Source: Chiloscyllium plagiosum (lineage: Eukaryota). Taken from it: 64,000 nucleotides of DNA. Both the position numbers and the translations under genes were made by a program. A model generated the notes under the pieces. The model saw only the letters and a program-made list of their open reading frames with translations. It ran no database searches and was not told the DNA's origin. Below, piece by piece: positions 1-13,045 of this stretch (the stretch's first letter is position 1; the number at the start of each line of letters is the position of its first letter). The stretch covers positions 12,149,650 through 12,213,649 of the forward strand of contig NC_057749.1 of assembly GCF_004010195.1 (NCBI RefSeq), in the 5' to 3' direction.

Positions 1-334
1 TTTTTTTGTGAAGAATGGTTGAAATAGAGGTGAAAATCAGTCTGCTGAAAGCTAATAACATAAGCAGCTCGTGAGGCCTTGGGTTTTTTTCAAATTTGGA
101 GCAATCCTAGCGGCAAGAAGAGAACCCCAACTTTTAACTGTAACAGAGAGAGGAATAAGGGCTTCTACAACCAACATTAAGATCCCAGCAACTGCTGAAA
201 ACTAAAAATCCCGGTTCTGTGGGAGCTTGACCCCACCCATTCAGGCTGCTTCTATTGTTCCAACTTAAAAAGAAATGGCTTCATAAGCTTATTTAGCTTT
301 GAGCAGACTGCTCTGTGCCTCTGTTTCAACAGTC

Positions 335-590
335 AGAGTCATTGAGTTATGCAGCATGGAAACAGACCCTTTGGCCCAACTTGTCCATGCTGACCAGATA
401 CCTAACCTAATCTAGTCCCATTTGCCAGCACTTGCTTGATATCCCTCTAAACCCTTCCTAATCATGCACCAATCCAGATGACTTTTGAATGCTGTAATTG
501 TACCATTCTCCACTATTTCCTCTGACAGCTCATTCCTTACACACACCACCCTCTGCATGAAATAGTTGCCCCTTAGGTCCCCTTCAAATT
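335..590 (-). mobile_element. CR1-type LINE 3' end fragment
   Basis: Reverse complement of the 3' UTR and (gactctat) tail shared with copies ending at about 4675, 31055 and 46358. Confidence 0.8.
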
Positions 591-812
591 TTCATAACGA
601 AAGGACAAAAATACACCTTTAAAAGCCATCTTAGCTACAATGAAAACCATTTGAGGTTCCATTTTGTGAAGACTCAAAAGTACATTTCTATGTTTTCACT
701 GTCTCTTGCAGACCTTATCAATGTTGTTTCTTAGTTGGCTTCAGTTGGCTTTCACTTTAGGTGGCTTGGATCTAGTCAGCAGTTCCTAATTTTGCACTTT
801 ATGTTTTACAGT

Positions 813-1068
813 CACAAGTATCAGCTTTAAGGGGAGGTAGGTATAGGACAGATGTTAGGGGTAGGTTCTTTACTCAGCGAGTCGTGAGTTCATGGAATGC
901 CCTGCCAGTAGCAGTGGTGGACTCTCCCTCATTATGGGCATTTAAGCGGGCATTGGATAGGCATATGGAGGATAGTGGGCTAGTGTAGGTTAGGTGGGCT
1001 TGGATCGGCGCAACATCGAGGGCCGAAGGGCCTGTACTGCACTGTATTGTTCTATGTTCTATGTTCTA
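813..1068 (+). mobile_element. CR1-type LINE 3' end with (tgttcta)n tail
   Basis: ORF2 C-terminus (GRFFTQRVVSSWNALP) plus a 3' UTR nearly the same as 17040-17290. Confidence 0.85.
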
Positions 1069-1104
1069 AATTGGAGGAAGGCCAATTTTGATGGTATTAG
1101 GCAA

Positions 1105-2411
1105 GAACAAAGAAGAACAAAGAAATTTTACAGCCCAGGAACAGGCCCTTCAGCCCTCCAAGCCTGAGCCGATCCAAATGTACTGTCTAAACCTGTCGGT
1201 CAATTCCTAAGCATTTGTATTCCTCTGCTCCCCACCTACTCATGCATCTGTGTCTGCCTCTACCACCCCAGCTGGCAATGCTTTCCAAACGCCCACCACA
1301 CTGTGTGAAATACTTGTCGCGTGTATCCCCCTTAAACTTTCCACCTCTCACCATGAAAACATGACCTCTCGCTATTGAATCCTTCACCCTGGGAAAAAGC
1401 TTGTCTCTATCCACCCTGTTTTTACCCTTCATTATTTTGTAAACCTCAATCAGGTCCCCCCTCAATCTCCTTTTTTCTAGTGAAAATAAACCTAACCTAC
1501 TCAACCTCTCTTCATAGCTACCACCTTCCATACCAGGCAACATCCTCGTAAACCTTCTCTGCACCCTCTCCAAAGCGTCCACATCCTTTTGGTAACGTGG
1601 CGACCAGAACTGTACACAGTCTTCTAAATGCGGCCGAACCAATGTCTTGTTAAAATTGTACACGACTTGCCAGCTCTTATACTCAATACCCCATCCAATG
1701 AAGGCAGGCATACTATATGCCTTCTTGACCACTCGATCTACCTGTGCAGCAACCTTCAGGGTACAATGGACCTGCACTCCAGATCTCTCTGCCCATCAAC
1801 TTTTCCCAAGGCTCTTCCAGTCTTTGTATAATTCACTCTAGAATTCGACTTGCCTAAATGCATCACCTCACATTTCTCTGGATTGAAAGCCACCTGCCAC
1901 TTTTTCGCCCAACTCTCCAGTTTATCTATATCCTTCTGTATTCTCTGACAGTCCCTTATGCTTTCTGCTACTCCGCCAATCTTTGTCTCATCTGCAAACT
2001 TGCTGATCATACCAACAGTGCTCTCTTCTAGATCATTTATGTATATTACAAACAACAGTGGCCCCAATACTGACCCCTGTGGAACACCACTGGTCACCTT
2101 TCTCCATTTCGAGAAATTCCTTCAACCATTACTCTATCTCCTGTTGCTCAACCAGATCTTAATCCACCTAGCTAGAGCACCCTGCACACCATGTGGCTTC
2201 ACTTTCTCCATTCGTCTACAAAGGGGAACCTTACCAAACGCCCTACTAATGTCCATGTATATGACATCAACAGCCCATCCTTTATCTAACAACTTGGTCA
2301 CTTTCTCGAAGAACTCCATTAAGTTGGTAAGGCACGATCTCCCCCGCACAAAACCATGTTGCTTATCACTGATAAGCTCATTCTTTTCTAAATATAAATA
2401 GATCCTATCCA
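1105..2411 (-). mobile_element. 5'-truncated CR1 LINE (RT domain to tail), nested in another CR1
   Basis: ORFs with QHGFVRGRSCLTNL, SGVPQGSVLGPLLF, KFADETK, VRPHLEDCVQFWSP; (ttctttg) tail at 1105-1125; frameshifted. Confidence 0.92.
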
Positions 2412-4393
2412 TTCAAAAGTTCATTGGGGAGGCTATTTGCAGGTAAAGGGATAGCTGGAAAATGGGAAACCTTCAAAAATGGGATAATGAGAGCCCAGAG
2501 ACAGTCTGCTTCAGTTAGTGTGAATGGCAAGGCTGGTAGGTGTAGCAACGAGAGAAATTGAGGCTCTGGTCAAGAAAAAGGAAGCAGCATAGGTCAGGCG
2601 TAGACAGTTGAAATTGACGGAATCCCCAGCAGAGTACAAAGGCAGTAGGAGTATACTCAAGAGGGAAATCAGGAGAGCAAGAGGAGGAAATGAGATAGCT
2701 TTGGCAAATAGGGTTAAGGAGAATCCAAAGAGATACTACAAATACATTAATGACAAAAGAGTAACTATGGAGAGAATATGGCTCCTTAAAGATCAACAAG
2801 GCCACCTATGTGTGGAACTGCAAAAAGTGGGTGAGATACTAAACGGGTGTTTTGCATTAGTGTTTACTGTAGAGAAGGTTTTGGAAGTTATAGAACCTGG
2901 AGAAATAAATAATGATATATTGGGAAGTGTCCCCATTTCAGAGGAGGAGATGCTGGACATCTTAAAATGCATAAGAGTGGATAAATCTCAGTGACCTGGT
3001 CAGGTGCACCCTAGAACTTTATGGGAAGCTAGCGAAGTGATTGTTGGCCCCTTTGCTGAAACATTTGTATCATCGATAGCCACAGGTGAGGTGCCAAAAG
3101 TTGGTTAACATGGTGTCATTACTTAAGAAAGATGGTAAGGAAAGGCCAGGGAACTATAGACTGGTGAGCCTGTCGTAAATCGTGGGTAAGGCTGAGGAAC
3201 AGGATGTACTTGTATTTGAATAGGCAAGGACCGATTGGGGTAGTCAACGTGGCTTTGTGCATTGGAAATCATGTCTGACTAACTTGATTGAGTTTTTTTG
3301 AATAAGTGACAAAATAGATTGATAAAGGTAGAGTAATGGACATTGTCAAATGCCTTGCTGAAGTCCATGTAGCCAAAGTTCCGCATGGTAGACTGGTTAG
3401 CAAGGTTAGATCACATGGAATAAAGGGAGAGCTATTTCAATACAAAACTATCTTGAAGATAAGATACAGAGGATGGTGGTGAAGGATTGTTTTTCGGACT
3501 GAGGGCCTGTGACCAGATGTGTGCCACAAGGATTGGTGTTTGGTCCACTGTTTTTTGTCATTTGCTTAAATGATTTGGATGTAAACATAGGCATGGTTAG
3601 TACATTTGCAGATGACACCAAAATTGGTGTAGTCGACAGTGAAAAAGGTTACATCAGAGTACAATGGGATCTTGATCAGATGGGCCACAAAGAGGAGTGG
3701 CAGATGGAGTTAAACTGAGATAAATGAGAGGTGCTGCATTTTGGTAAGGCTAATCAGGATAGCACTTACTGATAAGGTCCTGGGGAATGTTGCTGAACAA
3801 ATAGACCTTGGGGTGCAGGTTCCTAGTTCCTTGAAAGTGGAATCATAAGTAGATAGGATAATGAAGGCAGCGCTTGGAATGCTTTCCTTTATTGGTCAGC
3901 GCATTGAGTATAGGAGTTGAGAGGTCATCTGGTGGCTGTACAGGATGTTGCTTGGGCGACGTTTATAACACTGCATTCAATTTTGAACTCCCTGCTATAG
4001 GAAAGTTGTTTCAAAGCTTGAAAGGGTTCAGAAAGGTTTTACAAGGATGTTGCCAGGTGTTTTAGGAGTGGGTGGGCGGGGTCTGAGCTATAGGGAGAGG
4101 CTGGATAGGTTGGGGTTGTTTTCCCTGGTGTATGGGAGGCTGAGGGCTGACCTTACAGAAGTTTATAAGATCATGAGGGGCATGAATAGGGTGAACAGCC
4201 AAGGTCTTTTCCCCAGGTTAGGGAGTCCAAAACTAAAGGGTACACATTTAAGGTGAGAGGGGAAAGATTTAAAACTGACCTAAGAAGCAACTCTTTCCTG
4301 CAGAGGGTGGTGCATGTATGGAATGAGCTGCCAGAAGTGGTGGTTGAGGCTGGTACAACGACATTTAAAATGCAACTAGATGGGTACATGAAT

Positions 4394-4534
4394 ATGATGT
4401 AGAGATACTGGTGTTAGACCTGAATAGACAAAATCAGAAGTCACATGACACCAGGTTAAAGTCCAACAGGTTTATTTGAAATCACAAGTTTTCAGAGCGT
4501 TGCTCCTTCATCAGGTTAAGTGGAGGGAAGTGAA
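4394..4534 (-). mobile_element. Penelope-like terminal fragment (family A) with degenerate hammerhead motif
   Basis: Similar to the reverse complement of 26640-26771. Minus strand reads CTGATGA A GGAGC AAC GCTCT GAAAACTT. Confidence 0.7.
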
Positions 4535-6472
4535 GGGTATGTCAATTGGAAGGGGTTAGAGGGATGTGGGCCAACAAACACTGGCAAAAGGGACCAAATT
4601 AATTTAGCAAATCTGGTCAGCACGGACGAGTTGGACAAGAAGGTCTGATTCCATGCTGTACATCTCTATCACTCTATATACACAGATTGAAGTAATTTTC
4701 TTTCGTGCAAATGAAAAGACCGTTCTGCAACTTATAGCTGAGCTTCAAACCACCAGGTTAACTGAAGAAGCATCATCTCAACAACCAAACAAGCATGTAC
4801 ATGAATATATGACATGAAAGAAACCACCTTCTTTTAACTCTATGCTAGGGGCAAAAATTAAGCAAAGTACCATCACACCGTCTCTGTCACTGTGACCCAC
4901 TTCCACGTGCTAACTAATCTTTGCAGAGACACTGGTATATCCTTTGGGAATATTAGCACAGCTGCAAAACAATCAGTTAAACCACAAAGAATTGCTGGGT
5001 CAGCTAAAAAAATCATCAAAGGGTCTTTATTTGTCAGTTGGTTTAAGGATGAGAAAATTAGGGAAGTAAACACGTGACGAAAGGAGTGGTGTGAGAAAGA
5101 GGGGTTTCATTTCATGAGGCACTGGCATCAGCTCTGGAATGGGGATCTGTACTAATGGGACAGTCTCCACCTGAACTGATCTGGAATCAGTGTTCTCGTG
5201 AAAAGGGTGGTCACAAAGACCATAAATTAGTGAATCGGGGGAAGGTAAGGGGAAAACAAATGACAAGAAGTATGATGGTAAATAGAGAGGAAAGCATGTG
5301 TGCAAACTATGCAAGAAATTAAAAGGAAGGATAACTCAGGAGATATGATTAATGGAGATGTTAGAATTCATAAAGATGGTATAAAAACCAGCAGAAAAGC
5401 ACTTTACCTGAATGTTTGTTGCATTCGAAACAAGGTAGATGAGTTAATAGCACAAATCATCGCAAAAGAGTATGATTTAGTAGCAGGATGGTCATGATTG
5501 GGAATTAAATAAGCAGGGTACCAGACTATTTGGAAGGACAGACAGGAAGATAAGGGAGGTGGTGTAGCTCTGATATTTAAGGTCACATCAGGGCAGTGGT
5601 GAAACATGATAAAGATTCGATGGAGAATAAGGTTGAATCCATTAGAAATTCTAAGAATAAAATGTCACTGATAGGCGTAGTCTATCGGCTACCAAACAAT
5701 ATCACATTGGGGCAGGCAATAAGCAAAGAAATATCTATTGCCTATAAAAAAAATGGCATGGCAGTTATCATGGGCAATTTTAATCGTATATGTTGATTGT
5801 TCGAATAAAGTCGGTCATGGTAGCCTTGAGGAAAAAATTCATTGCATGTATCCACGATAGTTTTCTTGAACATGTAATAGAACCAACAAGGGAGCACACG
5901 ATCCTGGATCTGGTCCTGTGTAATGAGACAGGAATAATGCATGATATCATAGGGATCCTCTTGGAAGGCACGATCACAGTATGGGTGAATTTAGAATACA
6001 GATAGAAAATACGAAGATAAAATCCAATACGACGGTCCTGTGCTTAAATAAAGGAGACTACAATAGGATGAGGGAGAAGTCGGCTAAAGTAGACTAGAAG
6101 CAAAGACTTCATGGTGGCAATGTGATGAATAGTGGAGGACTTTCAAAGGACTCAGCAAAAGTGTATACCAGTGAAAAGGAAAGTCTGAAGGAAAAGGGGT
6201 AATCTACCATGAGTGTTGAAGGAAATAAGGAAGGCTTTCAAATTAAAAGAGAAGGCATACAAAGTGGCAAGGACCAGCGGGAAACTAGAAGATTGGAAAA
6301 ACGTTATCTTTCTTTTCTTTATAACTTTTAGATAATGAGAGTAAACTAGCTCTGAATAAAAAGACAGATAGCAAAAGTTTCAAGAAATATAAAAAACAAA
6401 AGAGTGGCTCAGGTAAAATATTGGTCTTTTACAGGATGAGAAGGAGGACTAGTCATGGGATATAAGGACATG

Positions 6473-8280
6473 AAGAAAGTGAGGACTGCAGATGCTAGAG
6501 TTCAGAATCAAGGGTGTAGTGCCGGAAAAGCACAGCAGGCCAGCCAGCATCAGAGGAGGAGAATTGACATTTTGGGCATAAGCCCTTCATCAGGAATGAG
6601 GCTTGTGGGTCAGGGCTGAGAGATAAATGGGAGGGGTGTGGGGTTGGGGGAACGTAGCTGGGAAAGTGACAGGTGGGTGAAGGTGATAGATTGGGAGGAG
6701 GGGGATGATGGATGGGTCCAGGGGGGAGTGCAGAATTGGAAGCTTGGGACTGGGATAATGTGAGGGGAGGGGAAATGAGGAAGCTGTTTATCCCATGTGG
6801 TTACAGGGTCCCAAGGCAGAATAGGAGGCATTCCTCCTCCAGGCATCAGGTGCTAACAATTTGGCAGTGGAGGAGGCCCAGGACCTGCATGTCCTTGACG
6901 GAGCGGGAGGGGGAGTTGAAGTCTTCAACCATGGGGTGGTGGGGTTGGTGGGTGCAGGTGTCCCAGGGATTTCTCTGAAACGATCTGCAAGAAGGCGTCC
7001 TGTGTCCCTGATGTAGAGGAAACTACATCGGGTGCAATGGATGCAGCAGGTGACATTGGTAGAGGTAGAGGTAAATTTCCAATAGATATGGAAGGATCTC
7101 TTGGGGCCTTGGACGGAGGTGAAGGGAGTGGTGTGGGCGCAGGTTTTGCACTTTCTGTGGTGGCAGGGAAAGATGCCAGTAGTGGGGTATGGGCTGGTGG
7201 GGGTTGTGGATCTGATGAGTGGGTCGCAGAGGGAATGGTCTTTTCAGAACAATGACAGGGATGGGGAGGGAAATATCTCTCTGTGGTGGGGTCCATTTGG
7301 AGGTGGCGGAAATGGCAGAGGATGATGTGTTGTATACACAGGTTGGTGAGGTGGAATGCGAGGACTAGGGAGGGTTATTTCCTTGGATGCTGCCTGAACT
7401 GCTGTGCTCTTCCAGCACCACTAATCCAGAATCTGGTTTCCAGCATCTGCAGTCATTGTTTTTACCAGGGTTATTTCCTTGTTGCATTGGGAGGGATGGG
7501 GTTCAATGGTGGTGGTGTGTAAAGTTGAGGAGATGCTCTGGAGGGCAATGTCAACCATTTGGGACCTGTGGAAGTCGATGGGTTGTAGTATATGTCTGTG
7601 GTTAGTTGGTCGCCAGAGATGGTGATGGAGAGGTCCAGGAAGGGGAGGAAGGTTTCTGAGATGGTCCAGATGAATTTAAGGTCAGGGTGGAAGGTGTTGG
7701 TAGAGTTGATGAACTGTTCAACCTCCTCGCAGGAGCACAAGACAGCGCCAATACAGTCATCAATGTAATGGAGGAACAGGTGGGGAGTGGTGCCGGTGTA
7801 ACTGTGGAAGATCGACTGCTCCACATATCCAACAAACAGGCAGGCATAGCTGAGTCCCATGGCTACCTCTTTGGTTTGGGGGAAGTGGGAAGATTGGAAG
7901 GAGAAGTTGTTGAGGGTGAGGACCAGTTCAGCCAGGTGGATGAGGGTATCGGTGGAAGGATACTGGTTGGGACAGTGAGAGTAAGAAACGGAGGGCTTGG
8001 AGACCTTCGTCATGGGAGATGGATGTGTACAGGACTGGATGTCCATGGTGAAGATGAGGCATTAGGGGCTAGGGAAATGAAAATTTTGGAGGAGGTGAAG
8101 GATATGGATGGTGTCATGAACCAGCTGGTGTCCCAGCTACTTTCCCCCTAAGATCAATTCCCTCCCATTTATCTCTCAGGCCCGAATCACAAGCGTCATT
8201 CGAAGGGTCTGTTTCCATGCTGTACATCTCTATGACTCTATGAAGGGCTAAGACCCAAAACGTTGAATCTCCTGCTCCTT
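6473..8280 (-). mobile_element. 5'-truncated Penelope-like retroelement (family B) with RT, GIY-YIG remnant and inverted terminal repeat copy
   Basis: LAELVLTLNNFSF...AMG..YACLFVGYVEQ...YIDDCIG (PLE-type RT); CCIHCTRCSFLYI near 6990-7060. 8125-8280 is an inverted copy of 6540-6670. TSD GGATATAAGGACATG at 6458-6472 and 8281-8295. Confidence 0.88.
7386..7466 (+). mobile_element. 81-bp PLE family B 3' terminal fragment inserted in the PLE
   Basis: Reverse complement of the 6475-6555 type terminus; perfect 15-bp TSD AGGGTTATTTCCTTG (7371-7385 / 7467-7481). Confidence 0.85.
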
Positions 8281-8785
8281 GGATATAAGGACATGGCCGA
8301 GGCATTGAATAGGTATTTTGTGTTGTTCTTCACAGTGAAGGAACACTAATAACATGCCAGTAATTGACAAGGAGACGAAAGTAAGTGAGGACCTGGAAAC
8401 AACCATTATCACAAAAGAGATAGCGTTGGACAAGCTAATGGAGGTAAAGAGATAGCAGGAGAGACAGCAAATGCACTTCCTCTAATTTTCCAAAATTCAC
8501 TGACCTCTGAAGCAGTTCCAGTGGATTGGAAAACAGCAAATGTGACACCACTGTTTAAAAAAGGCGATAGACAAAATTTGGGGAACTTTAGACCAGTTGG
8601 CTTAACTTCTGTAGTGGGGAAAATACTTGAGTCTATTATCAACTAAGAACTAGCAAGGCATCCAGAGAGAAATTGTCCCATTGGGCAGATGCAGCATAGG
8701 TTCATTAAAGGCAGGTCATGCTTAACTAATCTGCTGGAATTCTATAAAGATATTATGAGCACGGTTGACAACAAGGATCCAGCAT

Positions 8786-9132
8786 GGGCAGCACAGTGGT
8801 TAGCACTGCTACCTCACAGCGCCAGGGACCCGGGTTTGATTCCAGCCTCGGGCAACTGTCTGTGTGGAGTTTGCAGTCTCCCACTGTCTGCATGGGTTTC
8901 CTCTGGGTGCTCCGGATTCCTTCCACTGTCCAAAGATGGGCACGTTGGGTGAACTGGCCATGCTAAATTTACCATAATGTTCAGGGCTATGTAGGTTAGG
9001 TGCATTACTCAGAGGAAATGTCGAGGAATAAGGTTGGGGAACGGGTGTGGGTGGGTTACTCTTTGAACGATTGTTGTGGGCTTGTTGGGCCAAATGGCCA
9101 GCTTTCACACTGTAGGGATTCTATGATTCTAT
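8786..9132 (+). mobile_element. HE1-like tRNA-derived SINE
   Basis: A box (CAGTGGTTAGC), B-box-like GGTTTGATTCC, central GGGTTTCCTCTGGGTGCTCCGG core, CR1-like tail. Confidence 0.88.
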
Positions 9133-10523
9133 AGTAGTTGTGATGTATCTAGATTTCCAAAAGGCATTCAACAAGGTGCCACATAAAAGGCTGCTGCATA
9201 AGATAAAAATGCATAGCTTTAAGGGTAATCAACTAGCATGGATAGAGGATTGATTAACTAACAGGAAGCATAAAGTGGGAATAAATGAGCGCTTTTCTGG
9301 TTGGCGATCAGTGACTAGTGGTGTGCCTCAGGGATCATTATTGGATCCTCAATTATTCACCATTTACATAGATGCTTTGGAGTTTGGGATCACGTGTAGT
9401 GTTTCAAGTTTGCGGATGACACAAACATGAGTGGTAGATCCAAGTGTGCAGAGGACTGTGAAACTTTGCAGAGGGACATAGACACTTCAAGTGAGTGGGC
9501 CAAGGTCTGGCAGATGGGACACAATGCTAATAAATGTGAAGTCATCCATTTTGCTGGGAATAACACTAAAGAGGATTATTATGTGAATGGTAAAAAAAAA
9601 TTGCAGCATGCTGCTGTGCAGAGGGATCTAGGTGTCCCTGTGCATGAATCACAGAGGGTTGGTCTGCAGGTGCAACAGGTAAATGAGGAGGTAAATTGAA
9701 TTTTGTCCTTCATTGCTAAAGGGATTGAGTTTCAAACAGGGAGGTTATGTTGCAGTTGTAGAGAGTGCTGGTGAGACCACACCTGGAATACTGTGTGCAA
9801 TCTCCTTGTATGAGAAAGGATATACTGGTATCAGAGAGGTGCAGAGTAGGTTCAGTAGGTTGATTCCAGAGTCAAGGGGGTTGTCTTATGAGGAGAGACT
9901 GGGATTATATTCACTGGAATTTAGAAGAATGAGTCAGGTTCTTACAGAAACATAAAATTATGTAGGGAGTAGACAAGATAGAGGTAGAGAGGACGTTTCC
10001 ACTGGCAGGCGAAACTAGGACAAGAGGGCAGTGCCTCAAAATCTGGGGAAGCAGATTTAGGACTGAATTAAGAAGGAATTTCTTCACCCAGACGGTTGGG
10101 AATCTGAGTAATTCCATGTCCAGTGAAGTAGTTAAGCCAAGATAAATAATTTTTTGAACAGTAAAAAAACAAAGAGTTATGGTGAGAAGGCAGTTAAGTG
10201 AAGCTAGGCTACGAAAAGATCAGCCAATATCATATTGAATGGCGGAGTGGGCTTGAAGGCCCAGATGGCCTACTCCTAATGTTCTTTTGTTCTAATAATT
10301 AAATTATCAAAATTAGACCCTCAAGGAAAAATAAACATTACATGAAGCTCAATTGAGGTATGACAGGAAGTTGCAAGTAACACATGGAACCAGAACTAGG
10401 AACCATCTGGAAATGCTTTTTGGATCACTCAAGATAGCATTTCTTCACAGTTCTTTAGCGCTGAGGAAACTGCTCTCGAGCAGCAGTTGTCACAGCATAG
10501 ATCTGAATTTCATGACTGAAACA

Positions 10524-10724
10524 TGAGGTGGAGGAATTGGTGTTGGACTGGGGTGGACAAAGTTAAAAATCACACAACACCATGTTATAGTCGAACAGGT
10601 TTATTTGGAAGCACGAGCTTTCAGAGCACTGCTCTTTCAGCTACCTGAAGGAGCAGCTCTCTGAAAGCTAGTGCTTCTAAACAAACCTGCTATATTATAA
10701 CCTGGTGTTGTGTGATTTTTAACT
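10524..10724. mobile_element. Fold-back PLE family A short element
   Basis: Inverted arms 10561-10635 and 10648-10724; TSD ATGACTGAAACA (10512-10523 / 10725-10736). Confidence 0.85.
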
Positions 10725-10789
10725 ATGACTGAAACACAAAGACACAAATGGAATACTTGGCTTTGTATCAGATCAGAATTTAAAAACGA

Positions 10790-11122
10790 GATTAGGTTAG
10801 ATTCCCTACAGTGTGGAAACAGGCCCTTCGGCCCAACCAGTCCACACACTGACCCTCCGAAGAGTAACCCAACCAGACCCACTTCCCTCTGACTAATGCA
10901 CATAACACTAGGTTAGTAAACACTATGGGCAATTTAGCATAGCCAATTCACCTGAGCTGCACATCTTTGGACTGTGGGAGGAAACCGGAGCACCCGGAGA
11001 AAACCCACGCAGACACAGGGAGAATGTGCAAACTCCACACAGACAGTTGCCAGAGACTGGAATCGAACCTGGAATCCTGGTGCTGTGAGGCAGCAGTGCT
11101 AACCACTGCCACCGTGCCACCC
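10790..11122 (-). mobile_element. HE1-like SINE
   Basis: Reverse complement of 55194-55510; B box GGTTCGATTCC. Confidence 0.9.
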
Positions 11123-11556
11123 TTATAATAATGTAACTGGTCAAAGATCCAATTTAAGCCTTAACGATAACTTTACACATTTTTAAAATATCGTTCACAT
11201 GCCCAAAACTTCACAAATGGGCAGCGGTCACAGGAATTGAAGGTTACGAGACAAAAAAAAGTTATAAATTGCAACAAAAATTTCAGAAACATGTCAAAAA
11301 ATGTACAGGAATAAAAAGGGATGTTTATATGACAAATACTGAGGGCTCATAATACCAGAAGCTCAAGGCATACAGAAAGTGCAGGGATTACTTAAAGAAA
11401 TTAGGGAAGTGAAGAGACAGCATGAAAAACACATAGGTAAAACAAAGGAAAAATCGAAAGGCATTTTCGAAGAGTGCAAGGAGCAAAAGTATAACCAGGA
11501 AAAGGTGGCTCCCATACAGGCAATCTGTGGACTCTGAAGACATAGATGAGGCCTCG

Positions 11557-12130
11557 GAGATGATTTGTACCTCAGGTTGTGGATGAGGTTGTAGGTTTGT
11601 TTGCAGACTGTTCATCACCATGCTAGGTAACATCATCAGTGAGCCTCCGATGAAGTGTTGGTGTTCTGTCCTACTTGCAATTTGCGTGTCTTGGTTTGTT
11701 GTGGTGGCTGATATCTTTTCCACTTCTGTTTCTGAAAATTTGGTAAACCAGGTCCAAATCGATAAGTTTGTTAATGGAGTTCTGGTTTGAATGCCAGGCC
11801 TCTAGGAATTCCCATCTGTGTCTCTGTTTGGTCTGTCCCAGGACAAATATATTGTCCCATGGTGGTTATGTATCCTGGTGGCTAGTTATCTGCCAGTTTG
11901 TCCAATGTAATGTTTGTTACAGTATTAAAAGGGATTTTGTACGTTACATTTGTTCTGCTGGTTGTGGGTATGGGGTCCTTTCAATTCATCAGTAGTTGTT
12001 ACGGTGTGGTAATAGATTTGTGGGCTACCATGATGCCTAGGGGCCGGAGTAGTCTGATGGTCATCTCTGAAATGTCTTTAATGGATGGGAGGGTGACTCT
12101 GGACATGTTGTGTCTTCCTGTTCAGGTCCA
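11557..12130 (-). mobile_element. Penelope-like element (family C) 3' part: GIY-YIG endonuclease and terminal repeat with degenerate hammerhead
   Basis: Minus strand reads TNVTYKIP..CNKHYIGQTGR*LATRIH and WDNIFVLGQTKQRHRWEFLEAWHSNQNSINKLIDLD; CTGATGA T GTTACC..GGTGAT GAAC at about 11612-11640. Confidence 0.85.
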
Positions 12131-12269
12131 TTGTGCAACGATAAATGATGCCCACAACTGACTCCACAAAAACGAACAAGAAATTTTAGGCCAAAAAACT
12201 CTGTACACCAATGTGACTGACCATGAATGGACAACTACACTGGAACAAGTCATCAGTATTCAACAACAA

Positions 12270-13045
12270 CCACATCCTTCCTATAAAGCAGTGACCAGAA
12301 CTGCAAACAATACTCCAGGTGCGGCCTTACCAGTGCAGCTGAAGCATGACCTCATGGCTCTGAAACTCAGTCCCTATACCAATAAATGTCAACACACCAT
12401 ATGCCTTCTTAACAACCCTATCAACCTGGGAGGCAACTTTCAGGATGAATAGACTTGTTCATCTACACTGCCTAGAATTTTACCATTAGCCTAGTACTTT
12501 GCATTCCTGTTACTTCTTCCTCACACTTTTCTGCATTAAACTCCATTTGCCACTTCTCCACTCAACTCTACATCTTATCTATGTCTCTTTGTAACCCACA
12601 ATATCCTTTGGCACTATCCACAACTCAGCCTATCATAGTGTCATCTCCAAATTTACTCACCATCCTTCTTTGCCGACCTCCAGATCATTTATAAAAATGA
12701 TAAATAGCAGTGTCCCCAAAATAGATCCTTGCGGCACACCACTGGGAACAGCTCCAGGATGAACATTTCCCGTCAACCACCACCCTCTGTCTTCTTTCAG
12801 CTAGCCAATTTCTGATCCAAACCACGAAAACACCTTCAATCCCGAAACTCCTGATTTTGTGCAATAGCCTACCGTGTGGAACTTCATCAAACACCTTACT
12901 GAAGTCTAGATACACCACTGCGTTACCTTCATCCATCTGTTTTGTCACCTTTTCGAAGAACTCAATAAGGTTTGTGAGGCACAACTGACGCTTCACAAAA
13001 CCAGTGTTGATTATCCGTAATCAAATTATTCCTTTCCAGATGATT
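12270..13045 (-). mobile_element. CR1 RT fragment
   Basis: CLTNLIEFFEKVTK...VYLDFSKVFDEVPHGRLL. Confidence 0.88.

Larger units (their letters stand above)
1069..4675 (+). mobile_element. Degenerate CR1 LINE ORF2 and 3' UTR (pieces 1069-1105, 2412-4393, 4535-4675)
   Basis: KENPKRYYKYI, VPQGLVFGPLFF, TFADDTK, SYRERLDRLGLFSL; many stops. Continuity across the inserts was checked against the paralogous copy at 36130-36215. Confidence 0.9.
5030..10295 (+). mobile_element. Long degenerate CR1-clade LINE: end of esterase-like ORF1, APE endonuclease, RT, 3' UTR. Interrupted by a PLE (6473-8280) and a SINE (8786-9132).
   Basis: ALYLNVCCIRNKVDEL, VIMGNFN, ILDLVLCNE, QHRFIKGRSCLTNLLEF, KFADDT; 15-bp duplication around the PLE insert. 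Confidence 0.88.

Noticed and set aside
4740..4775. Possible next OTUD7A exon (expected RLNWW...TTGDGNC)
   Set aside because: Only a chance TGGTGG on the minus strand; no GDGNCLLHA motif was seen anywhere in 1-19200.
10524..10724. Fold-back elements as DNA-transposon MITEs or miRNA genes
   Set aside because: The arms are asymmetric (one extends to the element terminus), TSDs vary from 11 to 13 bp, and non-inverted copies exist. This fits PLE retrotransposition. There is no evidence for miRNA processing.
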